In this document: positions 9,290 through 20,100 of the stretch, one piece after another | Layout of the letters: each line of letters opens with the position of its first letter | Numbering within the stretch: the stretch's first letter is position 1 | IMG/VR virus record: IMGVR_UViG_3300021519_000916 | Coordinates: 1 to 64,000 of that record | Source: a virus | Strand: one strand, 5' to 3' | Length of the DNA stretch: 64,000 bases | Position numbers and translations under genes: made by a program | The notes under the pieces: generated by a model | What the model saw: the letters and a program-made list of their open reading frames with translations, nothing else | Told to the model about the DNA's origin: nothing | Database searches by the model: none

Positions 9290-9660
9290 AAAACATATTT
9301 GTGATTACTGCACAGCACAAAAGGCGCCCAAAGTATATAGTAACATGGCCGGGATACGGTTCATTACGGAAACCTAGTTCTATCTATATATTATTAAACT
9401 GGATAAGCAATACCAAAGCATTTAACATTGTTCTTGGTAATCAGAACAATCAACTAACACTCAACGATTTGCTATACGTGTCCTCTACTAAAGAACTAAT
9501 AACCAATTATATCATGGAACGACTAATAATTGTTAACTATGTAATATTTGATTTGTTAACCGATGCAGAAACATTTATTGATTGTGCAGAAAAAGATATT
9601 GTTTGGCGTATTCTAACAAAAGAACATACCACAACCATTGGTGATTTATTGGGGCCATAA
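9286..9660 (+). CDS. hypothetical protein
   Basis: ORF in operon. Confidence 0.5.
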   Translation: MKNIFVITAQHKRRPKYIVTWPGYGSLRKPSSIYILLNWISNTKAFNIVLGNQNNQLTLNDLLYVSSTKELITNYIMERLIIVNYVIFDLLTDAETFIDCAEKDIVWRILTKEHTTTIGDLLGP

Positions 9661-9662
9661 CT

Positions 9663-9839
9663 ATGATTTATAAAGGACCACAAGGACCATGGATGCCATA
9701 TTTTACTCGGAAGCCACGTAAAATTAAAGGTAAATGGTACTGGCTTACTACTGTATATCGTAGAGAACGCAATCCAATAGTTTGGCCGCATCAAGGATAT
9801 GAGTTTGGTGACGGTTTTGATCTGCTGAAAGATGCATGA
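9663..9839 (+). CDS. small hypothetical protein (58 aa, not in ORF track)
   Basis: Manual translation MIYKGPQGPWMPYFTRKP...FDLLKDA*; fills the gap and overlaps the next ATG. Confidence 0.55.
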   Translation: MIYKGPQGPWMPYFTRKPRKIKGKWYWLTTVYRRERNPIVWPHQGYEFGDGFDLLKDA

Positions 9840-10063
9840 AAAAAGTAGAAATGTGGCCACCACCAGACCAGTGGACTGAAGTCATTATAAAATGGGACGA
9901 AGTATTACAGCATCCATACATACCAATTAGAAAACTGTTAGATTGGGTTGATACTGCCCCGGGTGGTGAATACCATTTAAGTGGATACAAAGCTACAGAG
10001 GGATTTTCATTTCGGTTTAAGCGTGATCGAGACGCTGTACTATTTCGGTTATATTGGTCCTGA
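9836..10063 (+). CDS. small hypothetical protein (FxLxW-tail family)
   Basis: Ends FRFKRDRDAVLFRLYWS. Confidence 0.6.
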   Translation: MKKVEMWPPPDQWTEVIIKWDEVLQHPYIPIRKLLDWVDTAPGGEYHLSGYKATEGFSFRFKRDRDAVLFRLYWS

Positions 10064-10088
10064 CACAATATTCAATGGATGCTATAAT
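10060..10088 (+). promoter_or_regulatory. sigma70-like promoter
   Basis: CTGACA-N17-TATAAT with extended -10 TG. Confidence 0.65.
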
Positions 10089-10117
10089 ATACATACTTAA
10101 TTAAATAAAGGTTTATC

Positions 10118-10651
10118 ATGATTACTATGAAAGAATGGATGGAATTAGTAGACTATAAAATTACCGAAGGCGGTGATTATGGTTGGTCGTGTTACGGCCC
10201 TAATAGCTACAGCTTAGATAGTTGGAACGGTGTTCACGGAGAAGGTGGCTATAGTTTTAATATTGTGTTCAGCACAAAGAGCCAAAAGGTCTACGAAGTT
10301 AGTATGTGTGACTACACTAACAACCGTGCCTATCGTATGATCAATCCAGACTATGTTAAAAAACATGCCAAAGAAGCCAAAGCTCGAGACGTCAACTTAA
10401 ACGAAGCGTGGGAAGATATTGACTATGTTAATTTAGACGTGGAAGCCGATTGGATTGAAAAAGCCAAAGCAATTGCATCTGGTCAACCATACGATACTCG
10501 TGTGCAGATAGAGGTTAATTTTTCGGACGACGAGATGGCGCGGTATATGAAATTAGCGCACGAGCGTGATATGACTTTTAACGACTTTGTTGAAGAAGCA
10601 TTGCGTCATGCTATTGAGTCGCCCGATCAATTGGAATTTAACAAGCCGTGA
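10118..10651 (+). CDS. hypothetical protein with possible C-terminal ribbon-helix-helix
   Basis: C-terminal IEVNFSDDEM...LAHERDMTFNDFVEEAL. Confidence 0.65.
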   Translation: MITMKEWMELVDYKITEGGDYGWSCYGPNSYSLDSWNGVHGEGGYSFNIVFSTKSQKVYEVSMCDYTNNRAYRMINPDYVKKHAKEAKARDVNLNEAWEDIDYVNLDVEADWIEKAKAIASGQPYDTRVQIEVNFSDDEMARYMKLAHERDMTFNDFVEEALRHAIESPDQLEFNKP

Positions 10652-10654
10652 TAA

Positions 10655-10858
10655 ATGATTACGTTATCAAAGTACGAGTGGATTCCGTTACAGCAAAGGT
10701 TGGTTGAAGAACACGGCTTGTCTGTAATGAACATAAGTTGGGTGTGTCGTAGAGAATTAGGATTTACAATAAGGTACCATAGACAGTCGGAAACTATAAC
10801 ATGCCTAGATTTTTATGATGATGCCAAGGAAACATTTTTTAGGATAAAATATCTATGA
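10655..10858 (+). CDS. small hypothetical protein
   Basis: ORF; ends DFYDDAKETFFRIKYL. Confidence 0.55.
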   Translation: MITLSKYEWIPLQQRLVEEHGLSVMNISWVCRRELGFTIRYHRQSETITCLDFYDDAKETFFRIKYL

Positions 10859-11079
10859 TATCTAAGTTGGAATACGGAGAATTTAAAAAACACTATGTCT
10901 GGGTATTATTACAGGCTCCGGATTACCGACTTGGTCAAGCATTCCTTAATTACTTTCCTAAGGTAAGCAAGTTAATGTTAGCTCGTGAGAAAGGCATGCA
11001 AGACGAGTTTCAACTGTTTAATGAAAGAGATCCAAAAAAAGCACAAGAAATTATAAATCAATTCTTATTTGACCATTAA
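10855..11079 (+). CDS. hypothetical protein
   Basis: ORF with RLGQAFLN motif. Confidence 0.55.
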   Translation: MISKLEYGEFKKHYVWVLLQAPDYRLGQAFLNYFPKVSKLMLAREKGMQDEFQLFNERDPKKAQEIINQFLFDH

Positions 11080-11098
11080 TACCATTCAATGCTATAAT
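11069..11098 (+). promoter_or_regulatory. sigma70-like promoter
   Basis: TTGACC-N18-TATAAT. Confidence 0.65.
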
Positions 11099-11142
11099 AG
11101 CATATAAATTGGATTAAATACATATATTATTAAGGAAGCACA

Positions 11143-11982
11143 ATGGCACAGCACGGTAACTATTGGAGTTGTACACCGTTCGCAGATTGGGTTCGCGGCA
11201 CTAAAAAGATCAGTGCCGGCACCAGCGAACAGTGGGATGATTGGACAACTGCCGCACAGATGAAACACAACTTTCGTTACTGGGTGGCAGAAGAAGGACT
11301 CGGACATCTACAAGATTTTGTTACATGGCCTGTAAGGAAAATATATGATATCAAGTACTACATTAACAACCGTTGGGTTAGTCGCACTCATAGTCTTACC
11401 GCTCATGCCCGCGATATTAAACCTGGCAACTGGCAGGATGTGGGGAACCGCTTTTTGCCTTGCTTATTCAATGAGCTGGTTGATTTTGTTGAGGTGGAGT
11501 TAGCCTGGTGGCACATTGCCTGGGATGAAGAAGCCCGTAAGAAATTTAAATCACCTTGGTATGCTACAGGATGGTTCCGTTGGCGCACATGGCGCAGTCC
11601 CGAAGCCGGGCTGGCTAATCTAGAATGGCAACGGCAGCTTCGTTGGACAGAAGATGAAGTTGGTAAGGACTTTAAAGGTCTAGGCGAGCTTACCCAACAA
11701 GCAGTCAAAGCACAGGAGATCCTGGACTTGTATACTTGGTGGACTCAAACTTATCGTAATCGTCCAGATGCTTATGATGCCAGTGGTTGGTCTGCTTACT
11801 GCGAGACAAGCCGTATAGCCAACGGTGGAAAACTAAGTTGGAGTGGTGACAAGAGTCCCGAACTTAAAAACATGAGCACCAAGGCGCATAAGCTACTGCA
11901 AAAGATTGAAGCGGCTTATGAAAAAGAAGATGAAGCCATGATGATCCGTCTTATCAAAGTCAGACATGGGTTGTGGACGTAA
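11143..11982 (+). CDS. Trp-rich conserved hypothetical phage protein
   Basis: 279 aa ORF with AAGGA RBS. Confidence 0.75.
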   Translation: MAQHGNYWSCTPFADWVRGTKKISAGTSEQWDDWTTAAQMKHNFRYWVAEEGLGHLQDFVTWPVRKIYDIKYYINNRWVSRTHSLTAHARDIKPGNWQDVGNRFLPCLFNELVDFVEVELAWWHIAWDEEARKKFKSPWYATGWFRWRTWRSPEAGLANLEWQRQLRWTEDEVGKDFKGLGELTQQAVKAQEILDLYTWWTQTYRNRPDAYDASGWSAYCETSRIANGGKLSWSGDKSPELKNMSTKAHKLLQKIEAAYEKEDEAMMIRLIKVRHGLWT

Positions 11983-11999
11983 CAGTAACTGAGAACAAA

Positions 12000-12830
12000 A
12001 TGCACATTAATTTAATTAGCGACATACATTTAGAATTTGCAGATCTTACATTGCCCGGTGGCGATGTATTGATTCTATCTGGTGATGCTTGCGAGGCAAA
12101 AAACTTTAAAAAAGGCATGTATAATAAAGACATGGTTTTGCTTGAACACGAGCGCGACGATCGTCGCCCCGATAGGTTTAACAGGTTCTTGGAAGAGGAA
12201 TGTTCTAAGTATGCCCACGTGATATATGTTATGGGAAACCACGAACACTACGGGTTCCAATATCAAAAGACGTATGCTCATATTAAAGAACAGTTGCCTC
12301 CTAACATGCATCTGCTGGAAAATGAAACCTACGAATTAGAGGACGTAACCTTTGTGGGTGCCACATTGTGGACTGATATGAACAAAAACGATAATCTTAC
12401 AATTTTCCATATGAAGTCTGCCATGAATGATTATCGCCAAGTTACCATGTTTAACGAAGCAAAGAATACCTATCATCGGCTAACACCAGAACGCACAGTA
12501 GCAGACCATTACAAGTCACGTAACTATATCCGCGAGACTGTGGAAGCAAACCCCACAGGTAAAGTTGTAGTGGTGACGCACCATGCACCTAGCAAGGCCA
12601 GTATTAAGCCATGGTATCAAGACGATCATTTAATGAATGGTGCTTATAGTTCAGACCTGAGTGAGTTTATTTTAGATAACCCACAGATCAAAGTGTGGAC
12701 TCATGGACATACGCACGATACATTTGATTACATGATTGGTAGCACTCGTATTATGTGCAATCCACGTGGTTATGCTGGTTACGAGGAACGGGCACGGGAA
12801 TTTGACCCGGCGTTTGGATTTGACGTATAA
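12000..12830 (+). CDS. calcineurin-like metallophosphoesterase
   Basis: DIH, GD, GNHE, THH and HGHTH motifs. Confidence 0.9.
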   Translation: MHINLISDIHLEFADLTLPGGDVLILSGDACEAKNFKKGMYNKDMVLLEHERDDRRPDRFNRFLEEECSKYAHVIYVMGNHEHYGFQYQKTYAHIKEQLPPNMHLLENETYELEDVTFVGATLWTDMNKNDNLTIFHMKSAMNDYRQVTMFNEAKNTYHRLTPERTVADHYKSRNYIRETVEANPTGKVVVVTHHAPSKASIKPWYQDDHLMNGAYSSDLSEFILDNPQIKVWTHGHTHDTFDYMIGSTRIMCNPRGYAGYEERAREFDPAFGFDV

Positions 12831-12855
12831 TTAATTTTCGTGTATAATATAATTA

Positions 12856-13218
12856 ATGGAAACTAATATGAATGAAATTTGGACAATAGCAATCCAATGT
12901 ATATTTTGGTATTTTGGTATTAAATTAGTCATGCATTTTATTTCAACCTACTTGGGAAATAGGCTTGAAATGAAGCGTCAGATAATTAAACATTTTAACG
13001 AAGTCACGCATCAAGTTGAAATTGAAAGTGCCGGCAACGTACAATATTGGTTTGATAAAGATACTAAGCAATTTATTGCACAAGGCACTACACGAGCAGA
13101 AATTATCTCTGTATTGAAGAGCCATTGGCATGATCACTTATTTTTAGTTAGTGATAATGAACTATTGGTGGGTCCGGAATTCACTCCGGTTAATCCAAAC
13201 GTAAAGGATACAGTATGA
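12856..13218 (+). CDS. hypothetical membrane-anchored protein
   Basis: N-terminal hydrophobic helix. Confidence 0.6.
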   Translation: METNMNEIWTIAIQCIFWYFGIKLVMHFISTYLGNRLEMKRQIIKHFNEVTHQVEIESAGNVQYWFDKDTKQFIAQGTTRAEIISVLKSHWHDHLFLVSDNELLVGPEFTPVNPNVKDTV

Positions 13219-13559
13219 GCGAAATAGCACAGGGAATTATGATTGATAACGAGTATAAAGATGCGGTGTCGTACACCATTGCGTGTTCTTGCACAGATAC
13301 CGATCACCAAGTCCACATGTGGATTGAAGTGGATGGAGATCCTGAATGTAACGATATTACATTAACGTTTTTTGTTAACACCACTACTCCGTTTTGGAAA
13401 AAAGGGTTTAGTCGACTTAAAGCGGCCTGGGATATTTTAGTAAAAGGGTATAGGGAAGATCAGCACTCGCTTGTTTTAAAACGAGATTCTGCACTTAACG
13501 TAGCCCATGCAATTAAAGAAACTGTTTTTAAACTTGATAAACTAAGGGAGTCACTATGA
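13215..13559 (+). CDS. hypothetical protein
   Basis: ORF, ATGA overlaps. Confidence 0.65.
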   Translation: MSEIAQGIMIDNEYKDAVSYTIACSCTDTDHQVHMWIEVDGDPECNDITLTFFVNTTTPFWKKGFSRLKAAWDILVKGYREDQHSLVLKRDSALNVAHAIKETVFKLDKLRESL

Positions 13560-13792
13560 CATTGAAACAAAAAGCAATTATTCGTGCTATGTGCGTATTT
13601 GGCGTTGCGGCACTGAGTGCAATTATAGTAAATGTAATTCTACATTTTGTACCAGCAGTAACTATTGGGACAATTTTTGTAGCAGGTGTTGCATGTTTTC
13701 TATTTTATGTTTGCTACAGTATTTCACTAGGCCAACTTGAAGCAGAGGAAAGTATCGCAAAAATGTCCCAGAAATTTCAAGAGACAAAATAA
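13556..13792 (+). CDS. small two-TM membrane protein
   Basis: Two hydrophobic segments; GGAG RBS. Confidence 0.65.
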   Translation: MTLKQKAIIRAMCVFGVAALSAIIVNVILHFVPAVTIGTIFVAGVACFLFYVCYSISLGQLEAEESIAKMSQKFQETK

Positions 13793-14181
13793 TGTCAATG
13801 CATTTGGCACATCCTGCTCTAAGCACTACCGGAAAGAAAAAGGGTAAACCTAAATTTCGCAATGCCGATGAAGCACGTAAGTCACGCGAACGTGAAGCGT
13901 CGTGGAAAGAATTACAGAAAAAATGGGCATTAGAAGTAGATGCAACAAAACGTAAACGTGGGCTTTCTGCAGAAGTGTGGAATCCCCCCGAGCGTACTTA
14001 TAGAGGTGCAAATGATCCAAAAATCCCAAGCAAAATAACAAGTTGGGATCCATGTGTTATGCCAACCCCAAAAGTTTATACGGGCAATATGGTCAAAGGT
14101 ATTGCTACCATGCACAAATCAAATGCTGTCCCGGTCTTTTCTAATCAAGAGGCAGTTGAGATAAGTAATATGCGTAGATAA
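13792..14181 (+). CDS. conserved T4-like phage hypothetical protein
   Basis: C-terminal YTG..VKGIATMHKSNAVPVF...MRR motif. Confidence 0.7.
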   Translation: MSMHLAHPALSTTGKKKGKPKFRNADEARKSREREASWKELQKKWALEVDATKRKRGLSAEVWNPPERTYRGANDPKIPSKITSWDPCVMPTPKVYTGNMVKGIATMHKSNAVPVFSNQEAVEISNMRR

Positions 14182-14215
14182 CATTAAAGGACTATAGCAC
14201 AAATTATGAGTAAGC

Positions 14216-14434
14216 ATGAGTAAAGAAGATTTGTTACGGATGTCGGGCGTAGTAGAGGAAGTATTACCAAACGCTATGTTTAGGGTAGTCCTTGAAAATA
14301 ATCACAAAATTACCGCTATAATTGGTGGTAGACTAAGACAAAATAATATACGTATATTAATGGGCGATGCAGTGGAAGTCGAGATGAGCCCATACGACAT
14401 GACCAAGGGTCGTGTAGTATATCGCAATAAATAA
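14216..14434 (+). CDS. infA: translation initiation factor IF-1
   Basis: 72 aa; [18 protein letters not shown]...[26 protein letters not shown]. Confidence 0.95.
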   Translation: MSKEDLLRMSGVVEEVLPNAMFRVVLENNHKITAIIGGRLRQNNIRILMGDAVEVEMSPYDMTKGRVVYRNK

Positions 14435-14437
14435 TAT

Positions 14438-14971
14438 ATGCGTGATATTATTAATCTTGTTGAAGAACAAAAAAAGTTAGAACTTATAAAACTGCCTTAC
14501 AGTCGCGGCGGGTTAAGTCCTGTATTAAGTTCTGCCAATATTGATTTTCATTTTGGAAAACTTGCTAAAGGCTATGTTGACCGCTACAATAAAGGTGAAG
14601 GCGACAAAACCTTTAACGAAGCTGGTGCAGATTTACATAACATATTCTTTGGACAGTTTCGTTCACCAAAGAACTCCAATGCTCCACGTGGTAAGATATT
14701 AGATCTTATTAATGCACACCATACAAATTGGGTTGATTTTAAAAAGCACTTCAAAGAAGAAGCATTAAAAGTACAAGGGTCAGGATGGATTTATCTGGCA
14801 AAGAGCGGTGCTATCAAGCCCATTAAAAACCACCAAAAACGTACAGATATTGCTATATTGGTAGATATGTGGGAACACTCGTATCAAAATGATTATCATA
14901 GCGACAAAAGCAAATACGTTGATAGTTTGTGGCGTATAATGAATTGGGACGCTATAAACAAAAGACTATAA
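14438..14971 (+). CDS. sod: Fe/Mn superoxide dismutase-like protein
   Basis: LPY..LSP, H..HNIFF, GSGW and DMWEHSY signature. Confidence 0.9.
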   Translation: MRDIINLVEEQKKLELIKLPYSRGGLSPVLSSANIDFHFGKLAKGYVDRYNKGEGDKTFNEAGADLHNIFFGQFRSPKNSNAPRGKILDLINAHHTNWVDFKKHFKEEALKVQGSGWIYLAKSGAIKPIKNHQKRTDIAILVDMWEHSYQNDYHSDKSKYVDSLWRIMNWDAINKRL

Positions 14972-15294
14972 TGATTACTATAACCGATAATGCTGTAGAA
15001 AAAATTAAAGATATCCTGGCAGAAGAAAACAATCCAAACCTTAAATTGCGTGTATTTGTACAAGGTGGTGGCTGTTCGGGCTTTCAATACGGATTCACCT
15101 TAGACGAAGATCAAGCAGAAGATGATTGGGATCTTGAATTTGGGGATCTTCATGTGCTAGTGGATACTATGAGCGGACAATATCTACAAGGATCTTCATT
15201 GGATTATAAAGAAGACATCAATGGTGCTAGTTTTACAGTTTCAAACCCAAATGCTCAATCAACCTGTGGCTGTGGCAGTAGTTTTTCAGCGTAA
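14971..15294 (+). CDS. erpA: A-type Fe-S cluster carrier (ErpA/IscA/HesB)
   Basis: GGCSGFQY and [14 protein letters not shown]. Confidence 0.92.
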   Translation: MITITDNAVEKIKDILAEENNPNLKLRVFVQGGGCSGFQYGFTLDEDQAEDDWDLEFGDLHVLVDTMSGQYLQGSSLDYKEDINGASFTVSNPNAQSTCGCGSSFSA

Positions 15295-15358
15295 GGCGCC
15301 GTAGTCAAAACTCAGCTTTAACCAATTCCGCTAAATAAGCTATATGAGGATTTAATCT

Positions 15359-17125
15359 ATGGCTTTTTGGCAAACATTATCCATTTCGGATATAAACATA
15401 GGTACATCACCAAACGATGGTACCGGTGATAATATACGGGCGTCGTTTTCTAAAGTTGATAGCAATTTTAGTAATATATCTAGTTTTCTATCAGGCACTA
15501 GAGTTGACTTTTTAAACGCAAACGTCTCGTTTAACCTATTATCAAACTACATCACTGTAGCAAACTTATTTGTGGCAAATGCCACTGGTACTACAGCAAG
15601 TTTTTCATCAAATATTACAGCGGGTAATGTAATTGCTAATTCAGCAATATATGCCACTAGCGGAATATATAATGCAGGTATAACCAGCTTAGTTGGAAAC
15701 GCCTCTGTTGGTGGGGCTTTAACAATAACTGGACAATCTAGTTTTGGTGCTAACATGTCCGTGGCCGGCTCTATGATCCCGGCAGTAAATGGTTTACACG
15801 ACCTTGGTACAGCATCAAATCGTTTCAGAACAGTTTATTCATTAAACACAGATGCGGCAACACAAATCCAATCATCGAGCGATGCTGGTTTATTACTGGT
15901 CCATGCTAATGCTTCAATTGGTGACTTCCAGGATACTGGTATTTTAGGAAATATTACTAGCGACTTTGGTGGCGCCAATACATATTGTTTCTTTGGTTAC
16001 CAACCTGCAACTGATAATTTTGCTTTTAAAATTACCAACACCAATGCCACAAAAGGCAACAACGTTGTATATGATGGTGTTTATGGTAATGCCCAACTTG
16101 GTGGTTTGTTTTTAAGTAATAGTACAATATCAAGCAGTCCCACAACAGGAGCATTAATAGTTATAGGCGGTGCTGGTATAACCGGCAACATTAACGCTGC
16201 AAATAGTATTATTGCCCCAACACACTACGGTAACATTGTGGCCACAGTGGCCAACGTCACAAGAATGGCAGTCAGTGGTACTATATCAAATAACTTATCA
16301 GTTGATGGCTTGATTTACTCCGGTGGATCACAGGTTGTTACAACTGGACAATTGGCCACACTAGGATTACCGGCATTCACTGGCGTTGGTAGTTTGTTTG
16401 TTGGAAATACCGTGTTTACTTCTACTGGCACATCCACTAGTAATGTGACTGGTGCTGTTGTTATATTTGGCGGACTTGGAGTTGGTGCAGGAACAACCGG
16501 CGGCAACATCAATGTATACGGTAACGTGTCTGCTGTGGGTGTAGTTGGTACACATTACGGATTGATAGCAACAGCAAGTCAGCCAAACATCACTGGTCTT
16601 GGTACATTGGGATCTCTCAATGTCACTAACACAACAACAACTGGTACATTGCAAGCAACCAATATTGGTGTAACTAATGTAACAGCAACTGGTAACGTAT
16701 TTGTTAGTACTATTAATGGACTAACTTCGTTGACCATCGGTGGTTTGCTTACAACCACTACCAGTACCGTTGGTGCCAGTTTTAATAATACCTATACTAG
16801 TGGAACGATATCTGCTGCAGGAGCAACTACGCTAGACACCTTTACTGCAACAACATATACCACTGCAAAATACGTTGTTCAAATAGTTGACTCTGGATCT
16901 ATTCCGTCAAAAGTACAAGCTTCTGAAATATTAATAATACATGATAGAAATAGCACAAGTACTATTCCGTACCTAACAGAATATGGATGTGTATTTAATG
17001 TAACCGGTGGTCTAGGAACATTTAGCACAGCGTACAGCGCAGGATTGATTCAGTTGATATTTACTCCAAACTATACGCCAACTAGCATGGTGATTAAAGT
17101 TGTAAGAACATCATTAACTGCGTAA
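15359..17125 (+). CDS. baseplate-anchored tail fiber/structural protein
   Basis: N-terminal INIGTSPNDGTGDNIRASFSKVDSNF (T4 gp9/gp10-like motif), G/T/N-rich beta repeats, TAAATA promoter at 15332. Confidence 0.75.
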   Translation: MAFWQTLSISDINIGTSPNDGTGDNIRASFSKVDSNFSNISSFLSGTRVDFLNANVSFNLLSNYITVANLFVANATGTTASFSSNITAGNVIANSAIYATSGIYNAGITSLVGNASVGGALTITGQSSFGANMSVAGSMIPAVNGLHDLGTASNRFRTVYSLNTDAATQIQSSSDAGLLLVHANASIGDFQDTGILGNITSDFGGANTYCFFGYQPATDNFAFKITNTNATKGNNVVYDGVYGNAQLGGLFLSNSTISSSPTTGALIVIGGAGITGNINAANSIIAPTHYGNIVATVANVTRMAVSGTISNNLSVDGLIYSGGSQVVTTGQLATLGLPAFTGVGSLFVGNTVFTSTGTSTSNVTGAVVIFGGLGVGAGTTGGNINVYGNVSAVGVVGTHYGLIATASQPNITGLGTLGSLNVTNTTTTGTLQATNIGVTNVTATGNVFVSTINGLTSLTIGGLLTTTTSTVGASFNNTYTSGTISAAGATTLDTFTATTYTTAKYVVQIVDSGSIPSKVQASEILIIHDRNSTSTIPYLTEYGCVFNVTGGLGTFSTAYSAGLIQLIFTPNYTPTSMVIKVVRTSLTA

Positions 17126-17126
17126 T

Positions 17127-20100
17127 ATGAAGAACCCACTAATTTGGATAACTAAGACTGGAACTATAGCTAATTTATTAGTTGGTAATCCTATATCCGT
17201 AAAGGTACAGGCCCTTGATACCACAAACAATGCGTACACAGTAACCTATCAATTGTTACACGGTTCACTTCCTCCGGGAATGAGCCTTGCATCAGATGGT
17301 ACTATTTCCGGAACTCCATCGATGACCGGCTTTGATATAACTTCACAATATGAATTTATACTACGAGCCACAAGTAGCAACAATAACATAGTTGATGGTT
17401 CTTTTATAATAACATTAACAAACATAATTAACGGTGACTTTGCGTGGATAACACCAGCTGGTGACCTTGGAATGATTCCCGATGGCGAATACTATTCTTT
17501 ACAATTTCAAGCAGATAGCGCAAGTGGATCGCATATTACATATAGTTTTATATCAGGCGAATTGCCGTCTGGTATGCAATTATTGGCCAGTGGTTATCTA
17601 ACTGGTGTTCCAACTTTTTTAAATGCTGTATTAGTCGACCAAAGCAAAACTTATAGATTCACAGTACGTGCCACAAATGCATTGGGTCAAATATTAGATA
17701 GATCGTTTAGTGTAAGTGTTACAAACGTATACGGTCCCACTATTAGACCAACTACCGGTCTTAGTACTAACCTTGGTACTGTATTTGATGGAGTATATTT
17801 CACCCAGCAATTATCAGTACAAGATTTAAACCCAAATGTTTCTATACAATGGTCAGTTGTCGAAGGTGCTTTGCCCAATGGTGTAGCATTATCATCTAAA
17901 GGATTAATATTTGGATATATTGAGCCGTTAGAGTTGATTGGTGCATATGGCCCAGCTGGATTTGATGGCCAAAGCAAAATACCAGTTGGTACCACAGCAA
18001 TTTTAGCAAATTCAACAATCAGTGGTTCAACATTGAGTGTTGGTACTGTGACATCTGGTGTTATACAACTTGGTATGTATTTAACTGGGGGGAATATAAT
18101 CTCCGGTACAACTGTTGTATCATCGATTACGACATGGCAACGCGGTGCAGCATATAACGTTGGTGACTTAGTATTATATAATAATAGTTATTATAGAGCA
18201 TTATTTAATGTAGCACCAAATAATGATTTTAATCTAGCACAGTGGGTATCTACTACAGGTAATGTAAATATGTGGAGAATACAAACTCCCGGACAGGTTC
18301 CGCAACATATATACGATACAACAATTACAGCGACAGTACTTGACGCTATACAGCAACAAGAATATGATCTTGGCCCATACGACTTTAATCAGTTAAGTCA
18401 AAATTTAACATATGGGTTTACTATACAGGCATTTGATGGTGCCAACTACGACACACAACAATATGTACTAGAGGTTGTAAGTCGTGGTGGCTGGACTGCT
18501 GACAGTACGGCCAGTGTTAACGACACCCATTTAACAGCAGACTCAGAAAATGCATATATTCCAGTTTTGCGGGACACTATAACAACCTTGCCGGCTGGAA
18601 GATCAGGCAGTCATTATGCGTATAAATTTGATGGTTACGATTTCCAAGGCGATGATGTTTCGTATGCAATAGCAAATACAGTTGGTACATGGGATGCCGA
18701 AGAATGGGATTTGGCATGGGATACCGAGACCATGAATAATCAGATAGATATTATTCGTACGGTATACGGCAATGCTGGTGCATGGGATTACTTTGATGCA
18801 ACCGCAGTTGGCACAACAAACTTACCGGGACTAAATCTTGACGCCGACAATGGTTGGCTATACGGAAACATTTCACCACAGACCGAATCGGTGAAAAATT
18901 TCCAATTTGGTGTTGTGGTCAGCAAAACTGTTGGTAATGTTGTATATTCATCAACTCCGGTATTCTTTACGTTGCCTGTATTAGGCGATGTTAATAACGT
19001 TGTAGAATGGATATCACCGGATTACCTTGGATCAATTGACAACGGTTCTGTAAGCGAATTATCGGTTGTGGCCCGCAGCATGGTTGGTAAAGAACTAGTT
19101 TACTCAATGAATGATACGCTTGGTGTGGCTGTTGGTTTACCACAAGGATTATCGTTACTTCCGTCCGGGGATATAAGTGGTAGAGTAAGTTTTGAAGTAT
19201 TCTCTTTAGATATGCAAGACACTACATTTGATAATGCGTTGCTAACAATTGATAGAACATTTAAATTTACAGTCAAGGCAGAAACATTCGATGGGTCATC
19301 ATCAATGTTAAAAACATTTACATTAAGACTAAATGTAATTAATGTAGAACCATATAATAATTTATATTTACATGCCTTACCAGCCACCGACCAACGTGCA
19401 ATTTACAAATCTATTATTACAAACGAAGACATATTTGATCCTAACTTAATTTATCGACCAACTGATCCATGGTTTGGAGTGCAACCCGATATAAAAATGT
19501 TATTCTTGTCGGGACTAACTGCCGAATCGTTATCAGAATACCAATCTGCAATGGCTAGAAATCATTGGACTAAAACTTATAATTTTAGTGATGTAAAGAC
19601 AGCGGTGGTGTTAGATGAATTTTATAAGGTAAAATACGAAGTAGTGTATATTCAGATTACCGACCCTGCAGAAAATGAAAACAATCATGGTGCGCCTGCG
19701 GTATTAAACTTAGCTTCGCAACTATCTAATCCATATATTGATGAAGCTGGAATTAGTCATACTGTGCTGTACCCAAATTCTAGCGAAAATATGGCGGCAC
19801 AATTAATCGATGGCATTGGATACTATGACCAAAGTAGTCTTCCTCCATGGATGACAAGTAATCAACCTGAAGTAACAAGTGTTAGCCAATTCCGTGCACC
19901 ATTAGGATACACCAAAGCTGTAGTATTGGCATATACTATACCTGGTGCAAGTAAATTAATTGCATATCGCCTTAGAAAAGAAGGTATTACATTTAATAAT
20001 ATTAATTTTACAGTTGATAGGTATTCACTTGATAATTACTACAGCACAAACTTTAATTTAGTCAACAGAAAATTTATACCCAGTGCCGAAGTTACGTTTG

